Assembly: GCA_044892525.1 (NCBI GenBank)
Contig: CM097886.1
Coordinates: 173,650,312-173,714,311 of the forward strand
Origin: Schmidtea polychroa
Taxonomy: Eukaryota
Direction: 5' to 3'
Length of the DNA stretch: 64,000 bases
Position numbers and translations under genes: made by a program
Part shown: positions 22,770 through 33,300 of the stretch, piece by piece
Numbering within the stretch: position 1 is the stretch's first letter
Layout of the letters: each line of letters begins with the position of its first letter
Notes under the pieces: generated by a model
Database searches by the model: none
Seen by the model: the letters and a program-made list of their open reading frames with translations, nothing else
Told to the model about the DNA's origin: nothing

Positions 22770-24073
22770 ATGGTTATTATCACGGCAATCGACGAGTAGT
22801 CAATTAGCACTTAAAAAATCGGATCCTAATATGGGGATAATAACCTCTGCCATATAAAACTTCCACTCAAATAATTGGTCGGACAAAAATGGTAAAGAGA
22901 AAGCAATTGTTTTCGAACCCAACGTCTCGACAACACTGCTGTTTGCGGCCTTCAAATAAATATCGACAGTGTTGAGGTTTGGAAGGTACTATTTAAGTAA
23001 GATCGACAAGCTGGTACCAGTGTCGACAAGGAATTTTAGTTTGTTGGAAGGAGACGACAATATATTAAAAGCGTTTGATTCTGCTTCTATTTTAAAATAA
23101 ATCTAATTATAAGTTTTTTTGATTGTTTGCTTTTGCATTTTTTTTGCATTGTGTAATTGGAGCAGCCTTCGAGTTTTTTAAGGCTTTATCTCCAAACCTG
23201 TCATGGTATATACACTTGTCAAGTATCTGACAGGATGGTGCCTTGTCTCGCCAATTGCAACCTAGATGGCAGAACCGTGCCTTGTTACGAAACTTAAAAT
23301 GGAAACGGCACAGGTTCCTGGTTGCAGGAGAAGGTGAACATTGACGTTTATTGTCTATCGTCATTTGTCCGCCTGGTGGACATACTATTCTCAAGCTGAT
23401 GCGTTTAGTGATGCGTTTATGTAATAGCACAAAGTAAGGCTTCTTAGGTCGAAGGTTTCAAAGAAGAAGAAGAAGATAAAATTTCTGTGTTGCTACTTAA
23501 CTGCACAGAGCAAGTTGGTTATTAATTTTGTCGGCCATCTTTAGTAGCTCTACCACATCTGCGGTTGAAGAAAGCGCTAAAATTTATTGTGCGTGTGGCG
23601 GTAAAGCAGACATAGTTTTTGATCCGTAGCAGCCTCAGGATGTATTTGAGTTAGTTCTGCCATAGCATGTTGCAAAAACTGTAATGGTTTTCTGCTACCC
23701 AAAGTATTTAGTGAAGACGGCAGCTGTAGGCTCTTTAAAAATATCGAGGATTGCCGTACGCAATTCTTCATAAGGATTTTTGACGATAGTAAGTGAAGTA
23801 CGAAGGATCACGGACGAAAATTTACTTAATATCGTCCGGGGAATCAACGGCAAAATGCGACAGTATTTGTCTCGTGAACTGGTTACCTCGATTCCATCGA
23901 GTGCTAGTTCGGTAGAAATCAGCCAAGTAAGTGACATAAATACATTGATCGCTGATTGTTGGACTTACGTTTATGTTTTGTCTGTTTGTGATTGCTGCTT
24001 GAGTCATTCTCCGAATCGGAAGAACCGCCAGAAAGTGGCAACAAACATTGAATGAGGCTCTATTCTCTGTCAC
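22770..24073 (-). mobile_element. gag: Ty3/Gypsy LTR retrotransposon gag plus aspartic protease pseudogene fragment
   Basis: gag: ..DGI..SRDKY..IL..IP..IL..FS.VI......NPYEELRTAIL, GSRKPLQFL, LCRFHFKFRNKARFCHLGCNW; protease: KFLVDTGTSLSIL (23016-23033), LKAANSSVVETLG, FYMAEVIIPILGSDFL..N*LLVD; no RT or integrase follows. Confidence 0.88.
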
Positions 24074-24235
24074 TCCGTAGTTGCCCAGGGAACGACTGTT
24101 GGAACGAATGGTGCCGTTGTACGACTAATAACTTCATCAAATAATATCTTTTAAAATGAACTACAAAAATTTTATTGCCAATGCATTCTGATTCCTCGAC
24201 TAAATAGAGTATTGTTTTTCAAAGACATAATTCAA

Positions 24236-24252
24236 GAATCCCACCCCGACGC
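24236..24252 (-). promoter_or_regulatory. Possible degenerate tRNA primer-binding site (Leu-like) of the Gypsy element
   Basis: Minus strand CGTCGGGGTGGGATTC is complementary to a tRNA-type 3' arm (GAATCCCACCCC), upstream of gag; the expected TGG start is absent. Confidence 0.3.
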
Positions 24253-24588
24253 GCGGACACGCATAAAAAAAATATTAATCAGTAGCTGCAGGCTCCCTGG
24301 TTAACACTAAATTATTATAAGTATATGCAAGCCCGCCTTGCTGTCATCCATTGTTATACTGGTGTTCAAAATTAGCATTCCACAAATTAAAATTTAATAT
24401 AAGATATAATTAATCACACATAAAAAACACCTGCAATAAATCTCATAAAAATAGCTTCCTAAAATAGATAATTGAAACATGAAATAGGTAGTCAGATATC
24501 GATCTGAGTCAACCCAGTCGTGTGTGGGTATTTCAATTTCTATTCTCAGCGTCATTAGCTGACTGGGAAAATACTGCATGTGGCATAT

Positions 24589-24667
24589 GTAAGTATGTAC
24601 TGGTGTGTATTAGTGCGTGTGACTTGTCTCGTATGTTCTCTCGTTATCTAACGTTAAAGTTTTACAG
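24589..24667 (+). other. Predicted 79-nt spliceosomal intron (recurs each unit)
   Basis: GTAAGT donor, CTAAC branch point at 24648-24652, TTTTACAG acceptor. Confidence 0.55.
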
Positions 24668-25279
24668 CTGATCATATTACACCGCGAGTTGGATTTAATT
24701 CGTTTAATCAATATGCTACCTATGATTATTTCTCATCGAACGTGGACATTGGATTTTATTCTCATGATGTGCAGTCTCTTTCGCTTTCTACCTGGATATT
24801 ATTATTTCGTGGATGTTTTCGGCAACTTATTCGAAAGATCTTCACCTGGACAATATTGGTCGAAGGTGTCTTTTACTGAAAGGACTTCATGTTACCGCTA
24901 TTGTAAATTTCAGGAGAAATGAAAACCGTTTGGTGAAAATTAAAGTGTTTATCGAAAAATGTCTTCGTATTAAAAATATGTTCAATAAATTTTCGTTTAT
25001 ACTCCCTATACTATTATTTAACATTTAACGAACATATTAGTACTCAGTTTCTCTATTGACGTGAATTTTGACAGAAGAGTGTTTTATCACCAGAAGATGG
25101 AGTGTCGGTTGATGCAAATAGACGATTACTGATGTCGGATGAAATTTCAGAGTGTGATGTCTAAGAAATAAGAATTTGTAGCCACCTCAGTCATTGTCAG
25201 TTAAGATTACTCTCCCTTTTCAACATTGAAATGTACTCCACTCTACTTTAAACTATTTCTTGCAGAATTTTATTACCTT

Positions 25280-25407
25280 CAGCGACGGACCCGTGAGGAA
25301 ACCCCCACATTCCGGCCCACGTCAGCTGCGTGATTGAAGAGATCCACACCCGCGGCTGAGCTCCCGAAGGCTCCTCACACCATGGCGTGGGTCTCCTCAA
25401 CTCCACG
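25280..25407 (-). ncRNA. Candidate 128-nt structured RNA: two abutting long hairpins, one capped by C(UUCG)G (recurs each unit)
   Basis: Hairpin 1 (25329-25407): UUGAGGAGACCCAC pairs with GUGGAUCUCUUCAA at 13 of 14 positions, apex CC-UUCG-GG. Hairpin 2 (25280-25328): CAGC/GCUG, GAC/GUC, GGGCC/GGUCC, GUGGGG/CCUCAC. G-U pairs favour the minus strand. Confidence 0.5.
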
Positions 25408-25861
25408 TTTCTCAAATATAATTTTATCATAATCAGTAGAGCTCGAAGATAAAAACATATCATAAATATTCATATACCATTAGTTTTTAAATTAAATCAT
25501 GAAACTGTATTAACATTAAAAAGTGAGATCGAATGAAGAAGTTTTATTAAATATGTTAAGTTAATGTAATCAAATATTTAATCCTTGAAAAACATTTACC
25601 AAATTTTACAATAACAACACATCCTTACTTATCGTTCGTAAATCGGTGATTCCAAAAGGCTGAGCCGAAAAAGCTAATCAAATCGGTTATAGAAATAGAT
25701 CGTCGATAGAATTGTTCCTAATAGTCGTCTGAGTGTCCGGTGATTGTCTGGATAGTCGAGTACCTGTAATTGGTTTGGTTTAACATTAACTATAGTGAGT
25801 TTGCTGTTTACTTATATATGCATTTTTCGTTTATGCGGACCAATCAGAATTGAGTACCGCT

Positions 25862-26090
25862 TAATTTTATTACTTTAATTTATTTTTCTTGTTTTTGAGT
25901 TATTTCTTCCTATTTTCTTTATTTTTATTGTGTTTTTATTTATTGTCCTATTTTAATTTTTCTTATTTTTATATTTTTTGTTTTAATTCTTATTTTCTAA
26001 TTATTGTTTTTTCTTATATTCTATTCTATTTTATTCGTCAATCTGTTTATTTTATTTTTATTTTACTTTAGTTATGTTTAACCTAATTTC
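25862..26090 (+). other. About 230-bp strongly T-biased tract (recurs each unit)
   Basis: Almost entirely T with scattered A on the plus strand; ends at a TTCTTAG acceptor-like site (26088-26094). Confidence 0.85.
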
Positions 26091-26093
26091 TTA

Positions 26094-26232
26094 GATACCC
26101 CTCGACTCAGCCCAACAAATCACTCGGGGACCCATCAAAATTGCGTCCCGGGATATATCCCCATAAATCTACCAAATAGCTGCCCGGATCTCAATGCGGT
26201 ATCATGACCACAACCCTTTAGGGTAATAGTAT
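26094..26232 (-). ncRNA. GC-rich island with Sm-like site between stem-loops (snRNA/SL-RNA-like candidate; alternatively a plus-strand non-coding exon)
   Basis: Minus strand: UGUGGU-CAUGAU-ACCGCA hairpin (26195-26212), palindrome GGGATATATCCC (26150-26161), AAUUUUGA (26135-26142), then a CCCCGA..UCGAGGGG-closed stem. Plus strand: acceptor at 26094 and G|GTAATA donor near 26223. Confidence 0.3.
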
Positions 26233-26962
26233 GAGGAGAAATAATTTACTGAAACAATTTATTAAAATAATTTATTAAAATAATTTGCTAATTTATTAAA
26301 GTTATTAAATTTATTTCAAACCCAAATCAAAGGAAGTCTAAATTTATTAATCACTAAAATTCTGACAAAATTATCAAATCGAAGGACGAAGAACTTAATA
26401 GTGAACTACATTCATTAATCCAATCACCCATATATTTGCATCATGGTTTCTTCGAATCACATTCATGCCAAAGTCCTGCGGGCACAGGTGATGAAATGTA
26501 TCCCCTGGGGTGGGAAAGCCTCTGGATGATTCCTTCAGTTTTTATTGGTTCAACGAGTGTGGCCGACTACTGATATTACTGAAATGTAATTAAAAATTTA
26601 CGATATCAATATTTAATATTTTCAATTGTTTACCTTATCACAGAAAAAAAATTACCAAAAGTACAAATTGATTTGAAATTCATTATTTATCATTAATTAT
26701 AATTATATCAACAAAACAACGAAAAAATTTAGATACTGTAAATGACTATAACAAAACAAAAAGTACTAAAAATCAAGGTTCCATGGCTTTATTCAAGTTA
26801 TTAGTTTTCAAATTTTTTCTATTAGATGAAAAATTTTTTTTCTTCTTAATTTAATTGATTAAAAATTATCGCTAAGTTAAATTCAATCTTCGTGTTAAAA
26901 GCACTCAACTTACTTACAGTAACATGTTATTTAGTTGAGATATTTTATCATAACTTCAATTT

Positions 26963-27005
26963 GTAAGTTATTGGTTGGGAACAGGTTGTAACATTTGTAC
27001 TGCAG
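26963..27005 (+). other. Predicted 43-nt 5' UTR intron immediately before the array ORF (recurs each unit)
   Basis: GTAAGT donor, TAAC branch-like motif, TACTGCAG acceptor two bases before ATG 27008. Confidence 0.5.
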
Positions 27006-27007
27006 AC

Positions 27008-27313
27008 ATGTCACAATCAAGCGACCACAGTGAAGAAGAGGTCCAACAAATGGTCACTCGACTCCGTACCCGGTACATTTGGTTCCACATCCGTCGGTGG
27101 AGCCAGGGACGGTACCTGGATAGCACTAATCGAGTTATTCGAAGTGGCCCCGAACCAGATGCCCCGGCGTGGGTGAAGATAGAACCGGCAAACAATGTAC
27201 TCCAGGAGGCCCGTGATCAAGCGGCTGGTGCCGTAGAGGCCGCCCAGGTGCGACTCAAGAAGATCGAGTTGCAAATCAGAGCAGAAAGGGAGGGTAGTCA
27301 GATATCGATCTGA
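27008..27313 (+). CDS. 101-aa orphan protein repeated once per unit (MSQSSDHSEEEVQQ...RLKKIELQIRAEREGSQISI)
   Basis: GC-rich ORF in an AT-rich unit with a helical C-terminus. Identical copies start at 27008, 29814, 32620, 35426, 38232, 41038, 43844, 46650, 49456, 52262, 55068, 57874. Confidence 0.5.
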   Translation: MSQSSDHSEEEVQQMVTRLRTRYIWFHIRRWSQGRYLDSTNRVIRSGPEPDAPAWVKIEPANNVLQEARDQAAGAVEAAQVRLKKIELQIRAEREGSQISI

Positions 27314-30300
27314 GTCAACCCAGTCGTGTGTGGGTATTTCAATTTCTATTCTCAGCGTCATTAGCTGACTGGGAAAATACTGCATGTGGCATATGTAAGT
27401 ATGTACTGGTGTGTATTAGTGCGTGTGACTTGTCTCGTATGTTCTCTCGTTATCTAACGTTAAAGTTTTACAGCTGATCATATTACACCGCGAGTTGGAT
27501 TTAATTCGTTTAATCAATATGCTACCTATGATTATTTCTCATCGAACGTGGACATTGGATTTTATTCTCATGATGTGCAGTCTCTTTCGCTTTCTACCTG
27601 GATATTATTATTTCGTGGATGTTTTCGGCAACTTATTCGAAAGATCTTCACCTGGACAATATTGGTCGAAGGTGTCTTTTACTGAAAGGACTTCATGTTA
27701 CCGCTATTGTAAATTTCAGGAGAAATGAAAACCGTTTGGTGAAAATTAAAGTGTTTATCGAAAAATGTCTTCGTATTAAAAATATGTTCAATAAATTTTC
27801 GTTTATACTCCCTATACTATTATTTAACATTTAACGAACATATTAGTACTCAGTTTCTCTATTGACGTGAATTTTGACAGAAGAGTGTTTTATCACCAGA
27901 AGATGGAGTGTCGGTTGATGCAAATAGACGATTACTGATGTCGGATGAAATTTCAGAGTGTGATGTCTAAGAAATAAGAATTTGTAGCCACCTCAGTCAT
28001 TGTCAGTTAAGATTACTCTCCCTTTTCAACATTGAAATGTACTCCACTCTACTTTAAACTATTTCTTGCAGAATTTTATTACCTTCAGCGACGGACCCGT
28101 GAGGAAACCCCCACATTCCGGCCCACGTCAGCTGCGTGATTGAAGAGATCCACACCCGCGGCTGAGCTCCCGAAGGCTCCTCACACCATGGCGTGGGTCT
28201 CCTCAACTCCACGTTTCTCAAATATAATTTTATCATAATCAGTAGAGCTCGAAGATAAAAACATATCATAAATATTCATATACCATTAGTTTTTAAATTA
28301 AATCATGAAACTGTATTAACATTAAAAAGTGAGATCGAATGAAGAAGTTTTATTAAATATGTTAAGTTAATGTAATCAAATATTTAATCCTTGAAAAACA
28401 TTTACCAAATTTTACAATAACAACACATCCTTACTTATCGTTCGTAAATCGGTGATTCCAAAAGGCTGAGCCGAAAAAGCTAATCAAATCGGTTATAGAA
28501 ATAGATCGTCGATAGAATTGTTCCTAATAGTCGTCTGAGTGTCCGGTGATTGTCTGGATAGTCGAGTACCTGTAATTGGTTTGGTTTAACATTAACTATA
28601 GTGAGTTTGCTGTTTACTTATATATGCATTTTTCGTTTATGCGGACCAATCAGAATTGAGTACCGCTTAATTTTATTACTTTAATTTATTTTTCTTGTTT
28701 TTGAGTTATTTCTTCCTATTTTCTTTATTTTTATTGTGTTTTTATTTATTGTCCTATTTTAATTTTTCTTATTTTTATATTTTTTGTTTTAATTCTTATT
28801 TTCTAATTATTGTTTTTTCTTATATTCTATTCTATTTTATTCGTCAATCTGTTTATTTTATTTTTATTTTACTTTAGTTATGTTTAACCTAATTTCTTAG
28901 ATACCCCTCGACTCAGCCCAACAAATCACTCGGGGACCCATCAAAATTGCGTCCCGGGATATATCCCCATAAATCTACCAAATAGCTGCCCGGATCTCAA
29001 TGCGGTATCATGACCACAACCCTTTAGGGTAATAGTATGAGGAGAAATAATTTACTGAAACAATTTATTAAAATAATTTATTAAAATAATTTGCTAATTT
29101 ATTAAAGTTATTAAATTTATTTCAAACCCAAATCAAAGGAAGTCTAAATTTATTAATCACTAAAATTCTGACAAAATTATCAAATCGAAGGACGAAGAAC
29201 TTAATAGTGAACTACATTCATTAATCCAATCACCCATATATTTGCATCATGGTTTCTTCGAATCACATTCATGCCAAAGTCCTGCGGGCACAGGTGATGA
29301 AATGTATCCCCTGGGGTGGGAAAGCCTCTGGATGATTCCTTCAGTTTTTATTGGTTCAACGAGTGTGGCCGACTACTGATATTACTGAAATGTAATTAAA
29401 AATTTACGATATCAATATTTAATATTTTCAATTGTTTACCTTATCACAGAAAAAAAATTACCAAAAGTACAAATTGATTTGAAATTCATTATTTATCATT
29501 AATTATAATTATATCAACAAAACAACGAAAAAATTTAGATACTGTAAATGACTATAACAAAACAAAAAGTACTAAAAATCAAGGTTCCATGGCTTTATTC
29601 AAGTTATTAGTTTTCAAATTTTTTCTATTAGATGAAAAATTTTTTTTCTTCTTAATTTAATTGATTAAAAATTATCGCTAAGTTAAATTCAATCTTCGTG
29701 TTAAAAGCACTCAACTTACTTACAGTAACATGTTATTTAGTTGAGATATTTTATCATAACTTCAATTTGTAAGTTATTGGTTGGGAACAGGTTGTAACAT
29801 TTGTACTGCAGACATGTCACAATCAAGCGACCACAGTGAAGAAGAGGTCCAACAAATGGTCACTCGACTCCGTACCCGGTACATTTGGTTCCACATCCGT
29901 CGGTGGAGCCAGGGACGGTACCTGGATAGCACTAATCGAGTTATTCGAAGTGGCCCCGAACCAGATGCCCCGGCGTGGGTGAAGATAGAACCGGCAAACA
30001 ATGTACTCCAGGAGGCCCGTGATCAAGCGGCTGGTGCCGTAGAGGCCGCCCAGGTGCGACTCAAGAAGATCGAGTTGCAAATCAGAGCAGAAAGGGAGGG
30101 TAGTCAGATATCGATCTGAGTCAACCCAGTCGTGTGTGGGTATTTCAATTTCTATTCTCAGCGTCATTAGCTGACTGGGAAAATACTGCATGTGGCATAT
30201 GTAAGTATGTACTGGTGTGTATTAGTGCGTGTGACTTGTCTCGTATGTTCTCTCGTTATCTAACGTTAAAGTTTTACAGCTGATCATATTACACCGCGAG

Positions 30301-33300
30301 TTGGATTTAATTCGTTTAATCAATATGCTACCTATGATTATTTCTCATCGAACGTGGACATTGGATTTTATTCTCATGATGTGCAGTCTCTTTCGCTTTC
30401 TACCTGGATATTATTATTTCGTGGATGTTTTCGGCAACTTATTCGAAAGATCTTCACCTGGACAATATTGGTCGAAGGTGTCTTTTACTGAAAGGACTTC
30501 ATGTTACCGCTATTGTAAATTTCAGGAGAAATGAAAACCGTTTGGTGAAAATTAAAGTGTTTATCGAAAAATGTCTTCGTATTAAAAATATGTTCAATAA
30601 ATTTTCGTTTATACTCCCTATACTATTATTTAACATTTAACGAACATATTAGTACTCAGTTTCTCTATTGACGTGAATTTTGACAGAAGAGTGTTTTATC
30701 ACCAGAAGATGGAGTGTCGGTTGATGCAAATAGACGATTACTGATGTCGGATGAAATTTCAGAGTGTGATGTCTAAGAAATAAGAATTTGTAGCCACCTC
30801 AGTCATTGTCAGTTAAGATTACTCTCCCTTTTCAACATTGAAATGTACTCCACTCTACTTTAAACTATTTCTTGCAGAATTTTATTACCTTCAGCGACGG
30901 ACCCGTGAGGAAACCCCCACATTCCGGCCCACGTCAGCTGCGTGATTGAAGAGATCCACACCCGCGGCTGAGCTCCCGAAGGCTCCTCACACCATGGCGT
31001 GGGTCTCCTCAACTCCACGTTTCTCAAATATAATTTTATCATAATCAGTAGAGCTCGAAGATAAAAACATATCATAAATATTCATATACCATTAGTTTTT
31101 AAATTAAATCATGAAACTGTATTAACATTAAAAAGTGAGATCGAATGAAGAAGTTTTATTAAATATGTTAAGTTAATGTAATCAAATATTTAATCCTTGA
31201 AAAACATTTACCAAATTTTACAATAACAACACATCCTTACTTATCGTTCGTAAATCGGTGATTCCAAAAGGCTGAGCCGAAAAAGCTAATCAAATCGGTT
31301 ATAGAAATAGATCGTCGATAGAATTGTTCCTAATAGTCGTCTGAGTGTCCGGTGATTGTCTGGATAGTCGAGTACCTGTAATTGGTTTGGTTTAACATTA
31401 ACTATAGTGAGTTTGCTGTTTACTTATATATGCATTTTTCGTTTATGCGGACCAATCAGAATTGAGTACCGCTTAATTTTATTACTTTAATTTATTTTTC
31501 TTGTTTTTGAGTTATTTCTTCCTATTTTCTTTATTTTTATTGTGTTTTTATTTATTGTCCTATTTTAATTTTTCTTATTTTTATATTTTTTGTTTTAATT
31601 CTTATTTTCTAATTATTGTTTTTTCTTATATTCTATTCTATTTTATTCGTCAATCTGTTTATTTTATTTTTATTTTACTTTAGTTATGTTTAACCTAATT
31701 TCTTAGATACCCCTCGACTCAGCCCAACAAATCACTCGGGGACCCATCAAAATTGCGTCCCGGGATATATCCCCATAAATCTACCAAATAGCTGCCCGGA
31801 TCTCAATGCGGTATCATGACCACAACCCTTTAGGGTAATAGTATGAGGAGAAATAATTTACTGAAACAATTTATTAAAATAATTTATTAAAATAATTTGC
31901 TAATTTATTAAAGTTATTAAATTTATTTCAAACCCAAATCAAAGGAAGTCTAAATTTATTAATCACTAAAATTCTGACAAAATTATCAAATCGAAGGACG
32001 AAGAACTTAATAGTGAACTACATTCATTAATCCAATCACCCATATATTTGCATCATGGTTTCTTCGAATCACATTCATGCCAAAGTCCTGCGGGCACAGG
32101 TGATGAAATGTATCCCCTGGGGTGGGAAAGCCTCTGGATGATTCCTTCAGTTTTTATTGGTTCAACGAGTGTGGCCGACTACTGATATTACTGAAATGTA
32201 ATTAAAAATTTACGATATCAATATTTAATATTTTCAATTGTTTACCTTATCACAGAAAAAAAATTACCAAAAGTACAAATTGATTTGAAATTCATTATTT
32301 ATCATTAATTATAATTATATCAACAAAACAACGAAAAAATTTAGATACTGTAAATGACTATAACAAAACAAAAAGTACTAAAAATCAAGGTTCCATGGCT
32401 TTATTCAAGTTATTAGTTTTCAAATTTTTTCTATTAGATGAAAAATTTTTTTTCTTCTTAATTTAATTGATTAAAAATTATCGCTAAGTTAAATTCAATC
32501 TTCGTGTTAAAAGCACTCAACTTACTTACAGTAACATGTTATTTAGTTGAGATATTTTATCATAACTTCAATTTGTAAGTTATTGGTTGGGAACAGGTTG
32601 TAACATTTGTACTGCAGACATGTCACAATCAAGCGACCACAGTGAAGAAGAGGTCCAACAAATGGTCACTCGACTCCGTACCCGGTACATTTGGTTCCAC
32701 ATCCGTCGGTGGAGCCAGGGACGGTACCTGGATAGCACTAATCGAGTTATTCGAAGTGGCCCCGAACCAGATGCCCCGGCGTGGGTGAAGATAGAACCGG
32801 CAAACAATGTACTCCAGGAGGCCCGTGATCAAGCGGCTGGTGCCGTAGAGGCCGCCCAGGTGCGACTCAAGAAGATCGAGTTGCAAATCAGAGCAGAAAG
32901 GGAGGGTAGTCAGATATCGATCTGAGTCAACCCAGTCGTGTGTGGGTATTTCAATTTCTATTCTCAGCGTCATTAGCTGACTGGGAAAATACTGCATGTG
33001 GCATATGTAAGTATGTACTGGTGTGTATTAGTGCGTGTGACTTGTCTCGTATGTTCTCTCGTTATCTAACGTTAAAGTTTTACAGCTGATCATATTACAC
33101 CGCGAGTTGGATTTAATTCGTTTAATCAATATGCTACCTATGATTATTTCTCATCGAACGTGGACATTGGATTTTATTCTCATGATGTGCAGTCTCTTTC
33201 GCTTTCTACCTGGATATTATTATTTCGTGGATGTTTTCGGCAACTTATTCGAAAGATCTTCACCTGGACAATATTGGTCGAAGGTGTCTTTTACTGAAAG

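Noticed and set aside
24868-24882. U5 loop I-like GTCTTTTACTGAAAG
   Set aside because: Invariant GCCUUUUAC is not matched, and the 5' side cannot form the closing stem.
25651-25675. U2 5'-like GCTTTTTCGGCTCAGCCTTTTGG on the minus strand
   Set aside because: No downstream GUGUAGUA branch-recognition sequence or stem IIa.
25700-25790. Minus-strand SL-like leader ending ATTACAG|GTAC
   Set aside because: No stem enclosing the donor and no canonical Sm site at a suitable distance.
24689-26071. Short ORF-track calls inside the unit (24689-24922, 24813-25028, 25889-26071 and periodic copies)
   Set aside because: Alternative-start or low-complexity ORFs with composition dictated by AT/T-rich DNA.
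26968-27385. Minus-strand ORFs overlapping the 101-aa ORF
   Set aside because: Shadow frames expected in a GC-rich island; splice signals and an ATG in context support the plus strand.
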